A stretch of DNA of 64,000 bases from a virus: IMG/VR virus record IMGVR_UViG_3300037246_001176, positions 1 to 64,000 of that record. One strand, 5' to 3'. Position numbers and translations under genes: made by a program. Shown piece after piece: positions 1-10,642 of the stretch. The notes below the pieces were generated by a model that was not told the origin of the DNA, did not search any database, and saw only the letters and a program-made list of their open reading frames with translations. Each line of letters opens with the position of its first letter. The stretch's first letter is position 1.

Positions 1-1197
1 ATGCGTCAGCCGCTGAGCATAGGTGACGGCGGCTGTCACTGCGTCGGAGATCTCAACGTGGAAAAGGCGGTCGGGTGGGGATGCCTTAATGCCGACAAAG
101 CCGCCAGGATTCATCAAGATGTTGCCGTTTTGTTCCATCTGGAGGGCATTGTTCGCTTGATCGTAAAAAGTGAAGCTTGTCGATCCGCCGCCTGTAAGAC
201 CAAACCTCCAAATTTGTGCTGCGGCTTCATCGGCAAGCACGATCTGCGAACGGCCACCCGCCGCTGATCTCTGTATCTGTACAAATGCTCCTGTTGAAGC
301 CAGTTTGATGTCTACAGTCGCTGTTGCTATCGGTACCACCCCGACGCCAAAATTCGCCCCCAGCACCGTGATGTTGCCGCCAGCGAGATCGAAGACTATC
401 CTCTCTATGCCCGCGCCGCCGCCAATCCATGTTCCGTCGGCCATCGTGATGCCCTGGCCCGCACTGATTGCCAGCCCTGCACCGAACGTGTGCAGTCCCG
501 TCCACAGCGGCGTCTGGTCGGCAGCCCAGGCGTTCACGCCGGTCGAGACGTAGGCGTAGCCCGCGCCAGCTACGGCGGGAGCAGGGCCTGTAGGGCCGGT
601 TGGCCCCGTCGGGCCAGCGGTTCCCGTTGGGCCGGTTGGCCCCGTCGGGCCAGCGGTTCCCGTTGGGCCGGTAGGGCCGGGGACGGTAGATGTGGGGCCG
701 GTAGGTCCCGTAGCTCCGGTAGGCCCTGTCGGGCCGGTAGGGCCGGTGGCTCCTGTCGGGCCGGGAACCGTGGATGTCGGGCCGGTAGGCCCCGTGGCCC
801 CGGTAGGCCCCGTTGGGCCAGCGGTTCCCGTTGGGCCGGTTGGCCCCGTTGGGCCGGTTGGCCCCGTCGGGCCAGCGGTTCCTGTTGGGCCGGTAGGCCC
901 CGTCGGGCCGGTTGGCCCCGTTGGGCCTGTCGGACCCGTCGGGCCGGTCGGCCCTGTAGGCCCCGCCGCGCCGGTATTGACGAGCGTCCAAGAACCCGCA
1001 CCGGCCACGCCGGAATTGTTGTTGACGTACAGGTCATCGTTCGTCATGTCCCAGTACGGCGTGCCTTCGCGTGCCGCGTGCACCGGCGCGCCGTCGCCGA
1101 GCTGCATGATCGTGTACTCCGCTATCTCCAGGTCGTCGATGCGCCGGAGTATCCTGTCCTGCTCCAGTTTCAATCCGATATCGAATTCGTCAGGCAT
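1..1197 (-). CDS. Collagen-like tail fibre protein, runs off the window edge
   Basis: Not in the ORF track. ATG at 1197 overlaps the upstream TGA; reads [24 protein letters not shown], then long (GPT)n repeats, then a beta-rich region. Confidence 0.85.
   Translation of the reverse strand, partial: MPDEFDIGLKLEQDRILRRIDDLEIAEYTIMQLGDGAPVHAAREGTPYWDMTNDDLYVNNNSGVAGAGSWTLVNTGAAGPTGPTGPTGPTGPTGPTGPTGPTGPTGTAGPTGPTGPTGPTGPTGTAGPTGPTGATGPTGPTSTVPGPTGATGPTGPTGPTGATGPTGPTSTVPGPTGPTGTAGPTGPTGPTGTAGPTGPTGPTGPAPAVAGAGYAYVSTGVNAWAADQTPLWTGLHTFGAGLAISAGQGITMADGTWIGGGAGIERIVFDLAGGNITVLGANFGVGVVPIATATVDIKLASTGAFVQIQRSAAGGRSQIVLADEAAAQIWRFGLTGGGSTSFTFYDQANNALQMEQNGNILMNPGGFVGIKASPPDRLFHVEISDAVTAAVTYAQRLTH
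590..965 (-). repeat. Collagen-coding tandem repeats (GPT/GAT triplets, some 36-bp units)
   Basis: Repeated ggccggttggccccgtcgggccagcggttcccgttg units. Confidence 0.9.
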
Positions 1198-2297
1198 CAA
1201 TCCTCGTATTCCAGCCGCGCTGTGACCGTCTCATGTTCGTCCCTGACGGTTATGTTCGTCACCCTGATGATCGTGTCAAACTCGAATCCTCTGTACCGCG
1301 CCGTCACCCTGTCCCCATGATCCCAGTCCCGCCCGAACCGCGTCCCCTCTGTGTCCACAGGTATCGCCCCGAACCGCCGCCTCGGCCTCCCCGCATCCAC
1401 CGACGACCGAGCCATCTCCCGAACGCCATCAGGCTCTGCCTGCGACGATGCGTTGACGAACCCCTCGCACCGGTTCCACTGGGAGACGCTGTACCGCGCC
1501 GCGTCGTAGCTCTGCTGCACCTCCCGCTCGCTCTCCTGCCCCTGGCCGCCGGCGTAGACGTAGTTCACTTCATTGGTGTAGTCGAACTCCAGCGAAGGCT
1601 CCTTCAGGTTGCCCCGCTCCTGGTCGAACACCACGCCCGCCCGGTCTGCTCCCGGCTGGCCGGTGTACGTTCGGAACTCAAACGAGATGCTGTCGCTGCC
1701 CGCGACCACCGGCACGATGTCGAAGAACACCTCCGTGCCCGCCTCCCGTGCCGCCCGCCCGATGGCTGGGATCAGCCTGTCCAGCCGCTGCCAGGCGAAC
1801 GAGCGCGTCAGCGTCGGCCCGTTGCCCAGGTCGGCCTGCACCGACAGGTCAGCCCATGCCCGCGTCCCCGCGTCCGGTATCGGGGCCACGCCGTCGGCCA
1901 GCGCCTCCGTCACGATCTCCTTCATCATGTCGTCGGCGAAGTCCGTCTTTTCCGACTGCGCTTCGTCCACGAACGCCGCCGCGATGCGCCGCCGCAGCAG
2001 GTCGTTGCCGTCGCGGCCCCAGAGCAGAGTTACCTGGCGGCTGCCCTGCGTCAGGAACCGCCACTTCCTGACGAAGTAGACGCGCCACAGGGACAGCCTG
2101 CCGCCCTCTGGCGCGCGCCAGACCTGCACCATCCTGTCGGGAGCCAGCAGGCTCGCGTCAAACGATTCCGGCAGGCTCATGCTGAGCGTGCCGATGCCGT
2201 TCACAATCCTGGTCGCGCTGAACCAGATGGCATTGTCCAGCAGGGCGAGCCGCTGGCCCGTGTCGGTTGTGAGCCAAAGTTCGTATTTTCCAGCCAT
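1197..2297 (-). CDS. Minor tail / baseplate hub protein (ReqiPepy6 Gp37-like)
   Basis: Follows the distal tail gene; motifs [11 protein letters not shown] and [12 protein letters not shown]. Confidence 0.75.
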   Translation of the reverse strand: MAGKYELWLTTDTGQRLALLDNAIWFSATRIVNGIGTLSMSLPESFDASLLAPDRMVQVWRAPEGGRLSLWRVYFVRKWRFLTQGSRQVTLLWGRDGNDLLRRRIAAAFVDEAQSEKTDFADDMMKEIVTEALADGVAPIPDAGTRAWADLSVQADLGNGPTLTRSFAWQRLDRLIPAIGRAAREAGTEVFFDIVPVVAGSDSISFEFRTYTGQPGADRAGVVFDQERGNLKEPSLEFDYTNEVNYVYAGGQGQESEREVQQSYDAARYSVSQWNRCEGFVNASSQAEPDGVREMARSSVDAGRPRRRFGAIPVDTEGTRFGRDWDHGDRVTARYRGFEFDTIIRVTNITVRDEHETVTARLEYED

Positions 2298-2373
2298 GAG
2301 ACAGTCCCTGAAATCGTTTTTAAGAACAGTCTTGCACTAAATCGCACGGGAGAAAAGTAAATCCGCCAGAGAA

Positions 2374-4929
2374 TCAATCGTTGGACCAGTAGGTATCCTT
2401 AAACAACAAGAACGCCTCGACCGTGGCGTCCGTCGCCACGAAGCATGTCACCAGGTTGTCGCCCGGTTGCAGCGCGAACGAGCCGAAGTCGCTGTTGGGC
2501 AGTATGGCGTCCGGTCGCAGGCCGAAAAAACTGCTCACGATGCTTTTTGCGGTCGGCGTCAGGTCGATGGTCAACGTCTCGCCGTCCAGCAGGGCATAGT
2601 CGAACAGGAGTTCCTTGCCCGTCGTCTCGTTGCGCACTTCTTCCAAGATGGCTGACGTGCCGCCGATGCGGGAGACAGTGATTTTGGGATAGGCTGATTC
2701 TGTGCCGTCGTTAGTGATTGTGACATCACCAGCGAATGTCCCCGCACCTGTGACCGCGAATCCCAACCACAGGTCATAATTTTGATTCACGACCGGATCA
2801 GCTAGCCCCGGCTCCATCCCTCTTACGATGTTCGCCCCTGCTGGCAGAATCACATCAAGATGTGCCCACGAACTGCCATTCCATTTCGCAATATCATCTA
2901 CCGTCAGCCCGCCCGCGACAGTGAATGAACCTGCCGCGTACAGCATATCATCTGGCCCAATCCCTAACGCGTAACAGTTGTTGTCTAAGCCTGTTCCCAG
3001 AGCTCTGTAAATCTGCCCATTAAACTCAGTGATGTAATCGGCATTAGCATCCCCTCCCGCATCTGTAAATACTCCTCCGACATAGAGCGTTGATCCGTCA
3101 GATGCGAAAATCAATGCGTTTACATTTGCGCTCAGTCCACCGCCTACGTTGCTCCATGTTCCACCGCCAGTCAAATATGCGATATAGTCAGCATCAGGAT
3201 CAGCACCTGCATTGGTAAAAGCGCCTCCTATATAGAGTGTCCCGTTTCCACTAATGGCCAATGCGCTAACGTCACCATTTACCCCTGCGCCAACGGCTGC
3301 ATAGGCTCCGTCCCATGAAACGATGCGATCAGCATTGGCTACGTTTGCCCATGTAGTAAAGTTCCCTCCTATGTAAAGCGTTCCATCCAATCCGAATATA
3401 AGAGCTTTCGCAGATGTTATAACTGCCGCCCCTGCTTGTGGAATGCCTACATTAGTCCAGGTGTTTGCGGATGGGTCATACTGTGCCAGGTAATCAGCAT
3501 TGGGATTTATGGCAGCATTCGTGAAATCGCCGCCAGCATACAAATAGCCGTCAGGCGACCATGCTAGTGCGCGGACTGTGGCGTTTATGTCAGACGCGCC
3601 TCCCACCGTTTCCCATGTGTCCGTGAAAGGATCGTATGCTGCAATGTAATCTCGGCCAGCGATACCGCCCCAGCCCGTGAACGAGCCACCAAAATATATC
3701 TTCCCGTTCGGCCCGCGCGCTATGGCATAAATAGTCCCCCCACCGGTCGGGTTCGCTGCTAATCCTAGATCATCCCACTGACCCGTGCTCCGCAGCCTTC
3801 CCGTCACATAGCGCAGCGTCGCTCCGTCCTCGCTGTCCAATTCCTCCGAACTCTCCCCGATCTCGTACCAGAACGGGTCGTCGGCCAGGAACCTTATCGC
3901 TACCCGCTCCCAGCACTCCATCTCGGCCACGATACTCGTCTCCAGGCCGCTCTCGTAATGCGCCGCGATCTGCTTCACCACCGCCGCGCCGGTGTAACGG
4001 ATCCGCACCGGCTGGTCGCCCGGCACAGCCCCAGGCTTCAGAACGTTCAGTAAGTCCTGCTTGTTGGCGTGCAGGTTCGCCGTGCTCGTCCCCCGGATGA
4101 CGCCGGTCAGCGTGAATACCCGCGATTGCACCTTGATGCTGTTAAGCTCGCCGCCGGGCAGGATGGCGTAACTGTCCACTGACAGGTCGAGCGGCGGCAT
4201 CCCGGTAGAGATGAACTGCCCGATGTCGAAGTGGTAATCGTCCTGCAAGTCGCGTATGAAGCCGCCCGCCCTGCTCTGCGCGCTCCGCTGGCTGACGCTC
4301 CCATGCGCCGCGCCCAGCCACTCGCAGCCTTCTTGGTCGCCGTCGCAGTAGGTGGTTGCCTCGGCCTGTTCTTCCAGCTGCGCACCGTCGGCGAAATACG
4401 TGATGTTCTGCTGCACATCCGTCTCGACATACAGCCTCAGGTCGGCGCATCCGCCGGCGGCCGTGTGCGTCACCTCGATCCGCTGCCATGCCCCCAGCAT
4501 CACCGCCGCGCTAACCGTCTGTGTCCCATTGGTCTGGTCTCGCACCCGCACCCTGGCCGTCCCGCCCGTGCCGAACACCCACGCCGAGCCGGTGAATGTG
4601 CCCGCCCCGCCGGGATTGTGGCTGAAGTACGCGCCCTCGTTTGCGGCGGCGTTGGCCGTCACCAGCCGCAGCGATGCGACGCCGAATTTTGATTGCGTGG
4701 TCTGGCGCGTTATGACCGCGCCCGCCGCCGTCCACGCCGTGATGCCATCCTCGAAACTCGGTTCGATCACGAGATTCTGAATCTCTACCGGTATGATGAT
4801 TAGCCAGTCGCTCATAGTATCGCTCCCCGTTCTTATCAGAGGCAGATATATTACGTGGTCAAGTTCCTGGGCCTCAGTAGGCCCCCAAAAGCAGAGCAGG
4901 ATTATGATCGTGATTATGACTTTTTTCAT
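2374..4929 (-). CDS. Distal tail protein with carbohydrate-binding and beta-propeller inserts (alternative start at 4815)
   Basis: Directly after tape measure; FLADDPFWY and LQPGDNLV Dit-like motifs; repeated LYxGGxFT propeller blades. Confidence 0.75.
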   Translation of the reverse strand: MKKVIITIIILLCFWGPTEAQELDHVIYLPLIRTGSDTMSDWLIIIPVEIQNLVIEPSFEDGITAWTAAGAVITRQTTQSKFGVASLRLVTANAAANEGAYFSHNPGGAGTFTGSAWVFGTGGTARVRVRDQTNGTQTVSAAVMLGAWQRIEVTHTAAGGCADLRLYVETDVQQNITYFADGAQLEEQAEATTYCDGDQEGCEWLGAAHGSVSQRSAQSRAGGFIRDLQDDYHFDIGQFISTGMPPLDLSVDSYAILPGGELNSIKVQSRVFTLTGVIRGTSTANLHANKQDLLNVLKPGAVPGDQPVRIRYTGAAVVKQIAAHYESGLETSIVAEMECWERVAIRFLADDPFWYEIGESSEELDSEDGATLRYVTGRLRSTGQWDDLGLAANPTGGGTIYAIARGPNGKIYFGGSFTGWGGIAGRDYIAAYDPFTDTWETVGGASDINATVRALAWSPDGYLYAGGDFTNAAINPNADYLAQYDPSANTWTNVGIPQAGAAVITSAKALIFGLDGTLYIGGNFTTWANVANADRIVSWDGAYAAVGAGVNGDVSALAISGNGTLYIGGAFTNAGADPDADYIAYLTGGGTWSNVGGGLSANVNALIFASDGSTLYVGGVFTDAGGDANADYITEFNGQIYRALGTGLDNNCYALGIGPDDMLYAAGSFTVAGGLTVDDIAKWNGSSWAHLDVILPAGANIVRGMEPGLADPVVNQNYDLWLGFAVTGAGTFAGDVTITNDGTESAYPKITVSRIGGTSAILEEVRNETTGKELLFDYALLDGETLTIDLTPTAKSIVSSFFGLRPDAILPNSDFGSFALQPGDNLVTCFVATDATVEAFLLFKDTYWSND

Positions 4930-7868
4930 GCCGCCAACGCCGCCATCGTTTCGAAGTCCTGCACCACGGTCGAGAACGGAGCCCCCGTGTTGACCGTCAT
5001 GTTGAAGTTGTTGTTCGTCGTCCGGCTCGGCCCCGAACCCGTTGGCCAGACCTGCGTCCCCGACGGCAGCGCCACCAGCTCCGGCCCAGCCTCGCCCACC
5101 ATCGCCAGGCCGCCTCCGAATGATCTCGTACCATGCTGCAATCCCGGTATGCCGCCCTGCTGCTCAACGATGATCTTGATCCTCACCTCGCGAGGCAATT
5201 CTGCCAAGGCGTTCTTGACGCCGTGAATCCCACCAGTCACCTCGTCCATATGGCCCACCGTCTCAGCCGCACTCCTGCTTATGCTGCCTTCCCACTCTCG
5301 CCAGTCGCCGGAGTTGTCGGCCAGGTGCTCGCCCGACGCGGTGGCCATCTCACCCGTCTTGACCGCTGCGCCCCCCATCGCCGTTTCCATCGTAGCGATG
5401 TCGCCGCTTACGCCGACCTGGTAAGCCAGCCAGTCGGCCAGCATAATGTCAGTATCTGCGGTTGTGACTGAAGCGTATTCCCCGCTCTTTCCTATCAGCC
5501 CGTCCATCCCGCCTTTCACACTGGCGGTTCCCTCGATCATGGAATCTTTCCAGGCTATCCAGTCGTCGGTCATTCCTCTGGTGTCATCCTCAACCTCGTC
5601 GGCCATTTCGCGAGGATCGGTTTTGTGTTCGTCCATCGCGGTGCTGACCTGGCTCATGTCGTCAATCAATGCCTCGCGCCAGATCGCCATGTCATTCTGA
5701 TGGGTTTCCAGATGACCTCCCGCCTCGGTGGTTACGAGCCCTGCCTTCTCCATGTACAGGTCAAGGTTGTCGATCACATCGTCCGTGGACAGTTTCGTAT
5801 CTTCTGCCCACCTCTCCCACTGTGCCGTCATGAACTTGACAGCGTTTGCCGTCTCGCTATCTATCAGGCCGTACTCCTCGGCTATCGTGGTGCGCATCTC
5901 CAGCATTTGGTCTGCCGGGATGCCTTTCATCTTGGCCCATGCCTCAAACGATTGCAGGAGCATCTGGCCCAGTTGCTTTTTCTGAGCCTCTAGCATCGCC
6001 GCCTGCGATTCGTCCAGCATCCGTTTTTCTTCATCATACCTGGCCTGCTCAGAGGTTAGCATTTCCGCATTGCCTGTATCTTGTATCTCCTTCAATCGCT
6101 CGGCATGTCCTGTTTCCAGTTCTTCCCGTCTGTCAGCCCAGTCCTGCGCCTGTTCCTCGTTACGGTCAAAAAACGTCTTCCAAGTCATTCCCAAGTCTAG
6201 CGCCGCCATAGCTGCTGCGACAGAAGCGGTCTCTATCTCTTCCAGCGACTTCGCTAGGGCCATCGCGTTGCGTTCTGCCCAGGACGCTGCGCTCCCCGTC
6301 TCGTTTAAGCCATCCGCCAAGTCTACCATAGCTCGCTCAGCTTCCACCCCTATTTGCTCCGCCGCGTGCCATGACTCATTATAGTCCGCCACTGCCTCGT
6401 CGATGCGCCGCAACCGCGCTTCCAGTCCCGCCCCCTCAAAGCTCACTCCTGCCATTTCATCAGCATTGTCTTTCAACGATCCTGCCAACCTTGCCCATGA
6501 CGCATCTAAGTTGGCCTGCTCCTGCACGGCACGGGCGCTCGAAGCACTGTGTTCGTCCAGCAACACATTGTATTCCCTCTGCAAGGCCGCTAGCATCTTG
6601 ACCCGCTCTGCCAGTTCTTCCGTGCTGTTCTTTTGCCTGCGGGATGCCGCCTCTGCCCTCTGGAATTCCGCCACTTCCTCCTTGGTGACCAGATTCAGGG
6701 CAAGCAATTCTTTTTGCAGCTTGTTGACGTTGAGGGACAAGGCAGAAGCCCGCAGGCCTGTGCCGAGAAAAGCTGCTGTACCACTGGTTGCGCCAGCAGC
6801 AGTTTCAGCCAGGGCAACCTTCAGGTCACTGAGACCTGCTGTCAACATCTCTATATCGCTCGCGGTCTCACCCGTAGCCTCGCCCAACTCAGCCACTTTC
6901 ACTTCGCCAGATTCCAGCATGGCGTTGAGGAACGCCATCTTGCGCTGAGCGTCCGTCAGCTCGTTAACCAGCAAGCCTTCTTGCTCCGCGTATTTCTCAG
7001 TCGCATCACCGATCTTGACCGTCAGGCCCAGGTTGTCGGCGATCATTATGGATTGCCGTCCGGCTGCCGTCACGAAATCGTTTATGGCTGTCGTCGCATC
7101 AAGGCCCATTGCCTGGCCTAGCCTGACCGCTACCCGCGTCAGTCGCTCAAATTCCGCTGGTGTCTTGGCCACGTTGAGAAGCAGTGCCCGGTTCGCCACC
7201 TGCATGGCCGTCATGCGGTCAATGGTGAAATTGGACGCCTCTTGGATGGCAGCCACGATGGCCGCTCCCGACGTTCCTGCCGCGGTCGCCAGGCCGTCCA
7301 GCGCGTTCGTCTGGCGCTCTACCGCTGCGCCCATCTTCACCAAGTCAACGACCATGCCTGGCAGGCGCTGGACGAAACTTATCACTTGCTGACCCAGCCC
7401 CAGCATGATGCCGTCCATGAGCTTCATCACGCCCGAGGTTTTTTCGGCAGCTTTGTCCACGCCCTTGAGCCCCTTCGTCAGCTGTCGCAATTCCTTGTCG
7501 TATTCGTCCGCCGTGATGTCGCCCTTGGCCAGACGGTTCGTGAGGTCGCTGATCTCCCCAGCCAGCTTCTTGCTCGCCGGGGTGGCTAGCCCGAACGACT
7601 GCTGCGTCCTGTCAACGGCTTCTTGATAGTCCTCAAAAGACAGTTCGCCGCTCTCCATGACACGCTGCAATTGCGACAAGGCGGCACGAGCCGCATCCGT
7701 CTTGCTTGCTTTGCTGAGGCTTTCAGCCATCTCCAGCAGGGCCAGCGACGCCTGTCGCCCCGCTTTTTGGAGATCGGTCATCGCCCCCTTGGCCAAGCCA
7801 GAGATTGGCTTGGCGGCCTTGTCTTTGGCCGTGATCTCAATTTCTACCGTGTACTGGCGTTTCGCCAT
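4926..7868 (-). CDS. Tail tape measure protein
   Basis: 980 aa, Ala-rich and helical; N-terminal EIEITAKDKA; C-terminal MVGEAGPELV; position after the chaperones. Confidence 0.9.
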   Translation of the reverse strand: MAKRQYTVEIEITAKDKAAKPISGLAKGAMTDLQKAGRQASLALLEMAESLSKASKTDAARAALSQLQRVMESGELSFEDYQEAVDRTQQSFGLATPASKKLAGEISDLTNRLAKGDITADEYDKELRQLTKGLKGVDKAAEKTSGVMKLMDGIMLGLGQQVISFVQRLPGMVVDLVKMGAAVERQTNALDGLATAAGTSGAAIVAAIQEASNFTIDRMTAMQVANRALLLNVAKTPAEFERLTRVAVRLGQAMGLDATTAINDFVTAAGRQSIMIADNLGLTVKIGDATEKYAEQEGLLVNELTDAQRKMAFLNAMLESGEVKVAELGEATGETASDIEMLTAGLSDLKVALAETAAGATSGTAAFLGTGLRASALSLNVNKLQKELLALNLVTKEEVAEFQRAEAASRRQKNSTEELAERVKMLAALQREYNVLLDEHSASSARAVQEQANLDASWARLAGSLKDNADEMAGVSFEGAGLEARLRRIDEAVADYNESWHAAEQIGVEAERAMVDLADGLNETGSAASWAERNAMALAKSLEEIETASVAAAMAALDLGMTWKTFFDRNEEQAQDWADRREELETGHAERLKEIQDTGNAEMLTSEQARYDEEKRMLDESQAAMLEAQKKQLGQMLLQSFEAWAKMKGIPADQMLEMRTTIAEEYGLIDSETANAVKFMTAQWERWAEDTKLSTDDVIDNLDLYMEKAGLVTTEAGGHLETHQNDMAIWREALIDDMSQVSTAMDEHKTDPREMADEVEDDTRGMTDDWIAWKDSMIEGTASVKGGMDGLIGKSGEYASVTTADTDIMLADWLAYQVGVSGDIATMETAMGGAAVKTGEMATASGEHLADNSGDWREWEGSISRSAAETVGHMDEVTGGIHGVKNALAELPREVRIKIIVEQQGGIPGLQHGTRSFGGGLAMVGEAGPELVALPSGTQVWPTGSGPSRTTNNNFNMTVNTGAPFSTVVQDFETMAALAA

Positions 7869-7871
7869 CGG

Positions 7872-8177
7872 TTATTCTCCAGGCCCGAAGATCGCTCCTA
7901 TCAGAAAACTCTTTTCCTCAATGGTCAAATCCAAGTCATCTATTGAACCGTCGCTTGGCAGCGGCAGCGGTTTCCCGTCGTCGTCCACCCAGTCCCACTC
8001 AATAACGTGATCCTGAATCGTCTCCAGATCGATGGCGAAGTTGTCCGCCTTTAGTTCTGCCGTCCTCTCCTTCAGTTTTCGCCATGCCCCGACTTTCACC
8101 CGTCGCAGCACGACGTGACTGCCTTCGCCCTGCACTGCCTCGCTGTCAACCTGCTTGGTGCTGTTCCGTTTCGCCAT
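7872..8177 (-). CDS. Tail assembly chaperone (G-like)
   Basis: Position before tape measure; EWDWVDDDGKPLPLP motif. Confidence 0.7.
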   Translation of the reverse strand: MAKRNSTKQVDSEAVQGEGSHVVLRRVKVGAWRKLKERTAELKADNFAIDLETIQDHVIEWDWVDDDGKPLPLPSDGSIDDLDLTIEEKSFLIGAIFGPGE

Positions 8178-8178
8178 G

Positions 8179-8697
8179 TCACCTCCTGATCTTTCTCTTG
8201 AACCGCCTGACTTTGTTTTCTACGCCGATCATCCGTATGTCCAGCATGGCCGTCGTCCACGGCTGCTTCTCCAGTTCGGTCTGCGAGCAGTGGTACACGT
8301 CGCGGCACAGCTGGAGCCAGATGTACTCCATCGGCGCGGGCTTGCCTCCTGTGTGGAGGGCTTCCAGCAACTGATCGGATATTTCCTTGTGGCCGAACGA
8401 GCCAATCAACAACTCGATCAGCAGCTCGTATTCGTCCGTCGTCAGCTGATCGACATTGACCGGCAGGGGCAAAGACCGACCGTCATCACCGACCCAGTTC
8501 CATTCCACGATGTGGCCGGTGACGATGGCCCGTTTCGCCTCAAAGGTGTCCCTGCCCGTAGCTTCCATTTCCACGATGGGTCGCACCTCTCCGACGGTCG
8601 GCAGGGTAACGACGACGTAACTGTCATCGCCCTGCACATTCGGCGTTTCAAACCTGCGGTGTCTGCGCTTCGTTTTGGCCTTGCGGCGTCTCAGCAC
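8179..8697 (-). CDS. Tail assembly chaperone with C-terminal extension (GT-like)
   Basis: Paralogous N-domain (EWNWVGDDGRSLPLP) plus about 65 extra residues. Confidence 0.65.
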   Translation of the reverse strand: MLRRRKAKTKRRHRRFETPNVQGDDSYVVVTLPTVGEVRPIVEMEATGRDTFEAKRAIVTGHIVEWNWVGDDGRSLPLPVNVDQLTTDEYELLIELLIGSFGHKEISDQLLEALHTGGKPAPMEYIWLQLCRDVYHCSQTELEKQPWTTAMLDIRMIGVENKVRRFKRKIRR

Positions 8698-8698
8698 T

Positions 8699-9166
8699 TT
8701 ACGTCGCGATTACTGAAGCCGTGATGTTCGCCACCTTCAGCGTGAACCCGGCCATGATGGGTCCACCAGTCGTCGCATCCATCGGCGGGTAGGTGAAGCT
8801 CACCAGCACGCCCTTGTCGGTCGTGTACAGAGCGTCGCCGCCGTTGCCGCCGCCCGGCGACCAGCGAGCGCACATGTGCTTGCCGCAGCCCACCGCCTCA
8901 AACAGCGCCTGCACGTACTCGAACGCTTCCAGAGCAGTCTCTGAGTATACGATCTCAAAGACTAACTCCATCGGTTCCTTTTTGCCCCCTTGGATGATCG
9001 CTCCGTCGCCGTCAAACGTGTACGACTCGCCGCTCATCCGCGTCTGGTCGGTTCCGCTCACCGTGCTGGACGAGCCGCCGATGTCTTGGTAATTTGCGCA
9101 GTCGCTCGACACTTCCAGCAGTCCGCACGCCAATGCTACACTATCACCTGTTTGTGCCATCGTCAA
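8699..9166 (-). CDS. Major tail tube protein
   Basis: Position, size (155 aa) and Gly/Thr-rich beta composition. Confidence 0.7.
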   Translation of the reverse strand: MTMAQTGDSVALACGLLEVSSDCANYQDIGGSSSTVSGTDQTRMSGESYTFDGDGAIIQGGKKEPMELVFEIVYSETALEAFEYVQALFEAVGCGKHMCARWSPGGGNGGDALYTTDKGVLVSFTYPPMDATTGGPIMAGFTLKVANITASVIAT

Positions 9167-9656
9167 CCTCCTGTTGTTTCTCTGCCTGCTCTTCAGGCTC
9201 TAATGTTTCTTCTTCTTCTATCAGCATGATCGCTTCTTCCTCATACGCATCGGTGACGTTTTCTGCCTCCAGTTGAGGCTCTTCGCGCACCACTTCCCTC
9301 TTGCCCCCGCAGCAGAACTCTATCGGCTCGTCGCCCAGCCCCAGGAATTCCATGAGTTCCCCTTTCCATTTCTGGATGGAGCGCACATTGCTGCCGATCG
9401 CCTTCGCCAGCGCGGCATCTTCCGTCGCCAGTATGTCAATCGCGTCGTAGCCAGCCTTCATGAACCGCTCGGCCCGCAGCTTCCAGCCGGGGAATGCATC
9501 CAGCGGCGGGGCGCTGACGGGTGACAGGATCCCCTTCCCGATCAGTATGCCCCGTATCCTCGGCCCGAACCGATCCTCGTTGACCACGGAACCCGCCTCG
9601 ATGTAGCGGTTTTTGTCAGGCCCCACGGCCAGCCTTCTCAGCACTCTGTAGATCAT
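9144..9656 (-). CDS. Hypothetical protein in the tail module
   Basis: Likely start MIYRVLRRL at 9656; acidic C-terminus. Confidence 0.6.
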   Translation of the reverse strand: MIYRVLRRLAVGPDKNRYIEAGSVVNEDRFGPRIRGILIGKGILSPVSAPPLDAFPGWKLRAERFMKAGYDAIDILATEDAALAKAIGSNVRSIQKWKGELMEFLGLGDEPIEFCCGGKREVVREEPQLEAENVTDAYEEEAIMLIEEEETLEPEEQAEKQQEVDDGTNR

Positions 9657-9667
9657 TTGCGCCTCCT

Positions 9668-10132
9668 CTAGAACACGCGCATGGTCAGCGTGAACCTGAA
9701 ACCCAGGTATGATGTCTGTGCGTACGCGAATATGACCCGCTGCACGGAGTAGCGGAATGAGCGGATGTATGTCCCGTCCCCGAAGTGCGGGCACGGCCCT
9801 TCCTCGTCCAGCTTGTCCTGCATCACGCTCGCCAGGTCAACCGCCGCCCCCCAGTCCTCGTCCAGCTGGCTCCTCTGCCGCACGTACAGGTCGAGGTGCA
9901 GCGTCAGTTCCGTCTGCCTCACGCCAGGCACGCCCGTCGACTGTTTCACGAACGTCAGCCTGTCCGTGCCGCTGTCCGCGCTGACCTCCCACCGCTCTGG
10001 ATAAACTTGCAGGCACGGCAGGGTGTTCATGCCCTCGGTCAGTTGATCGTAGCTCTGCGTCGTCGCCAGTCCTGCTGTGGTTGATAAAGTTGTGGCTACT
10101 GCGTCGCATAATGCGCCGATTGAGATTGCCAT
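9668..10132 (-). CDS. Tail terminator / completion protein
   Basis: Position after the HK97 gp10-like gene; size and composition. Confidence 0.6.
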   Translation of the reverse strand: MAISIGALCDAVATTLSTTAGLATTQSYDQLTEGMNTLPCLQVYPERWEVSADSGTDRLTFVKQSTGVPGVRQTELTLHLDLYVRQRSQLDEDWGAAVDLASVMQDKLDEEGPCPHFGDGTYIRSFRYSVQRVIFAYAQTSYLGFRFTLTMRVF

Positions 10133-10133
10133 A

Positions 10134-10613
10134 TTATTTGCTCACTATTCTGCCCACCACATCGCCCAGTATTCGGAAAATCTTTCCGGCGTTGTCTTCC
10201 AGCGCCGACTGCAAGTACCTTCGCGCCTTGATGCCCCGCGCCGCTATGGCTATCCTGGCCCCCGCAGCCAGCGCGCCTGCGTCGCCGCCCGACACCCGCA
10301 CCTTGCGGGATGCCCACTCAAACAGGGGTCGCCAGGGAGGCCAGAAGGGGCGGGTCCCGAATTCCATGTATGGAGCCCACTTCACATTGCTGCCCACGAT
10401 GCCCGTCACCGTCGTGGTTCTCACTACCACCTCTGGCACTATCGAGGCACGCAGCGTGCCCATGTCCACCGGCGCGTTCCGCCTCGCGTCGCGCGTGACC
10501 AGCATCGTCGCCTCCGCCATCCCGCCGCGCATCGGGTCGCCGTGGAGGTCGGCGGTGATCTGGTCAAACTTCTTTTGCATTTCCTTCATGCCCTTGAGTT
10601 CTACGTTTATCAC
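10134..10613 (-). CDS. HK97 gp10-like neck/tail protein
   Basis: APVDMGTLRASI and WAPYMEFGT motifs. Confidence 0.85.
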   Translation of the reverse strand: MINVELKGMKEMQKKFDQITADLHGDPMRGGMAEATMLVTRDARRNAPVDMGTLRASIVPEVVVRTTTVTGIVGSNVKWAPYMEFGTRPFWPPWRPLFEWASRKVRVSGGDAGALAAGARIAIAARGIKARRYLQSALEDNAGKIFRILGDVVGRIVSK

Positions 10614-10642
10614 TTGACAGCCTGTTTGTGGTGTGGTATACT
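10614..10642 (+). promoter_or_regulatory. Sigma70-type promoter, antisense to the late genes
   Basis: TTGACA-17 bp-TATACT. Confidence 0.7.

Noticed and set aside
227-1320. Arg/Pro-rich or GPV-repeat ORFs in the ORF track
   Set aside because: Alternative frames of the collagen repeat; the real gene is the GPT frame starting at 1197
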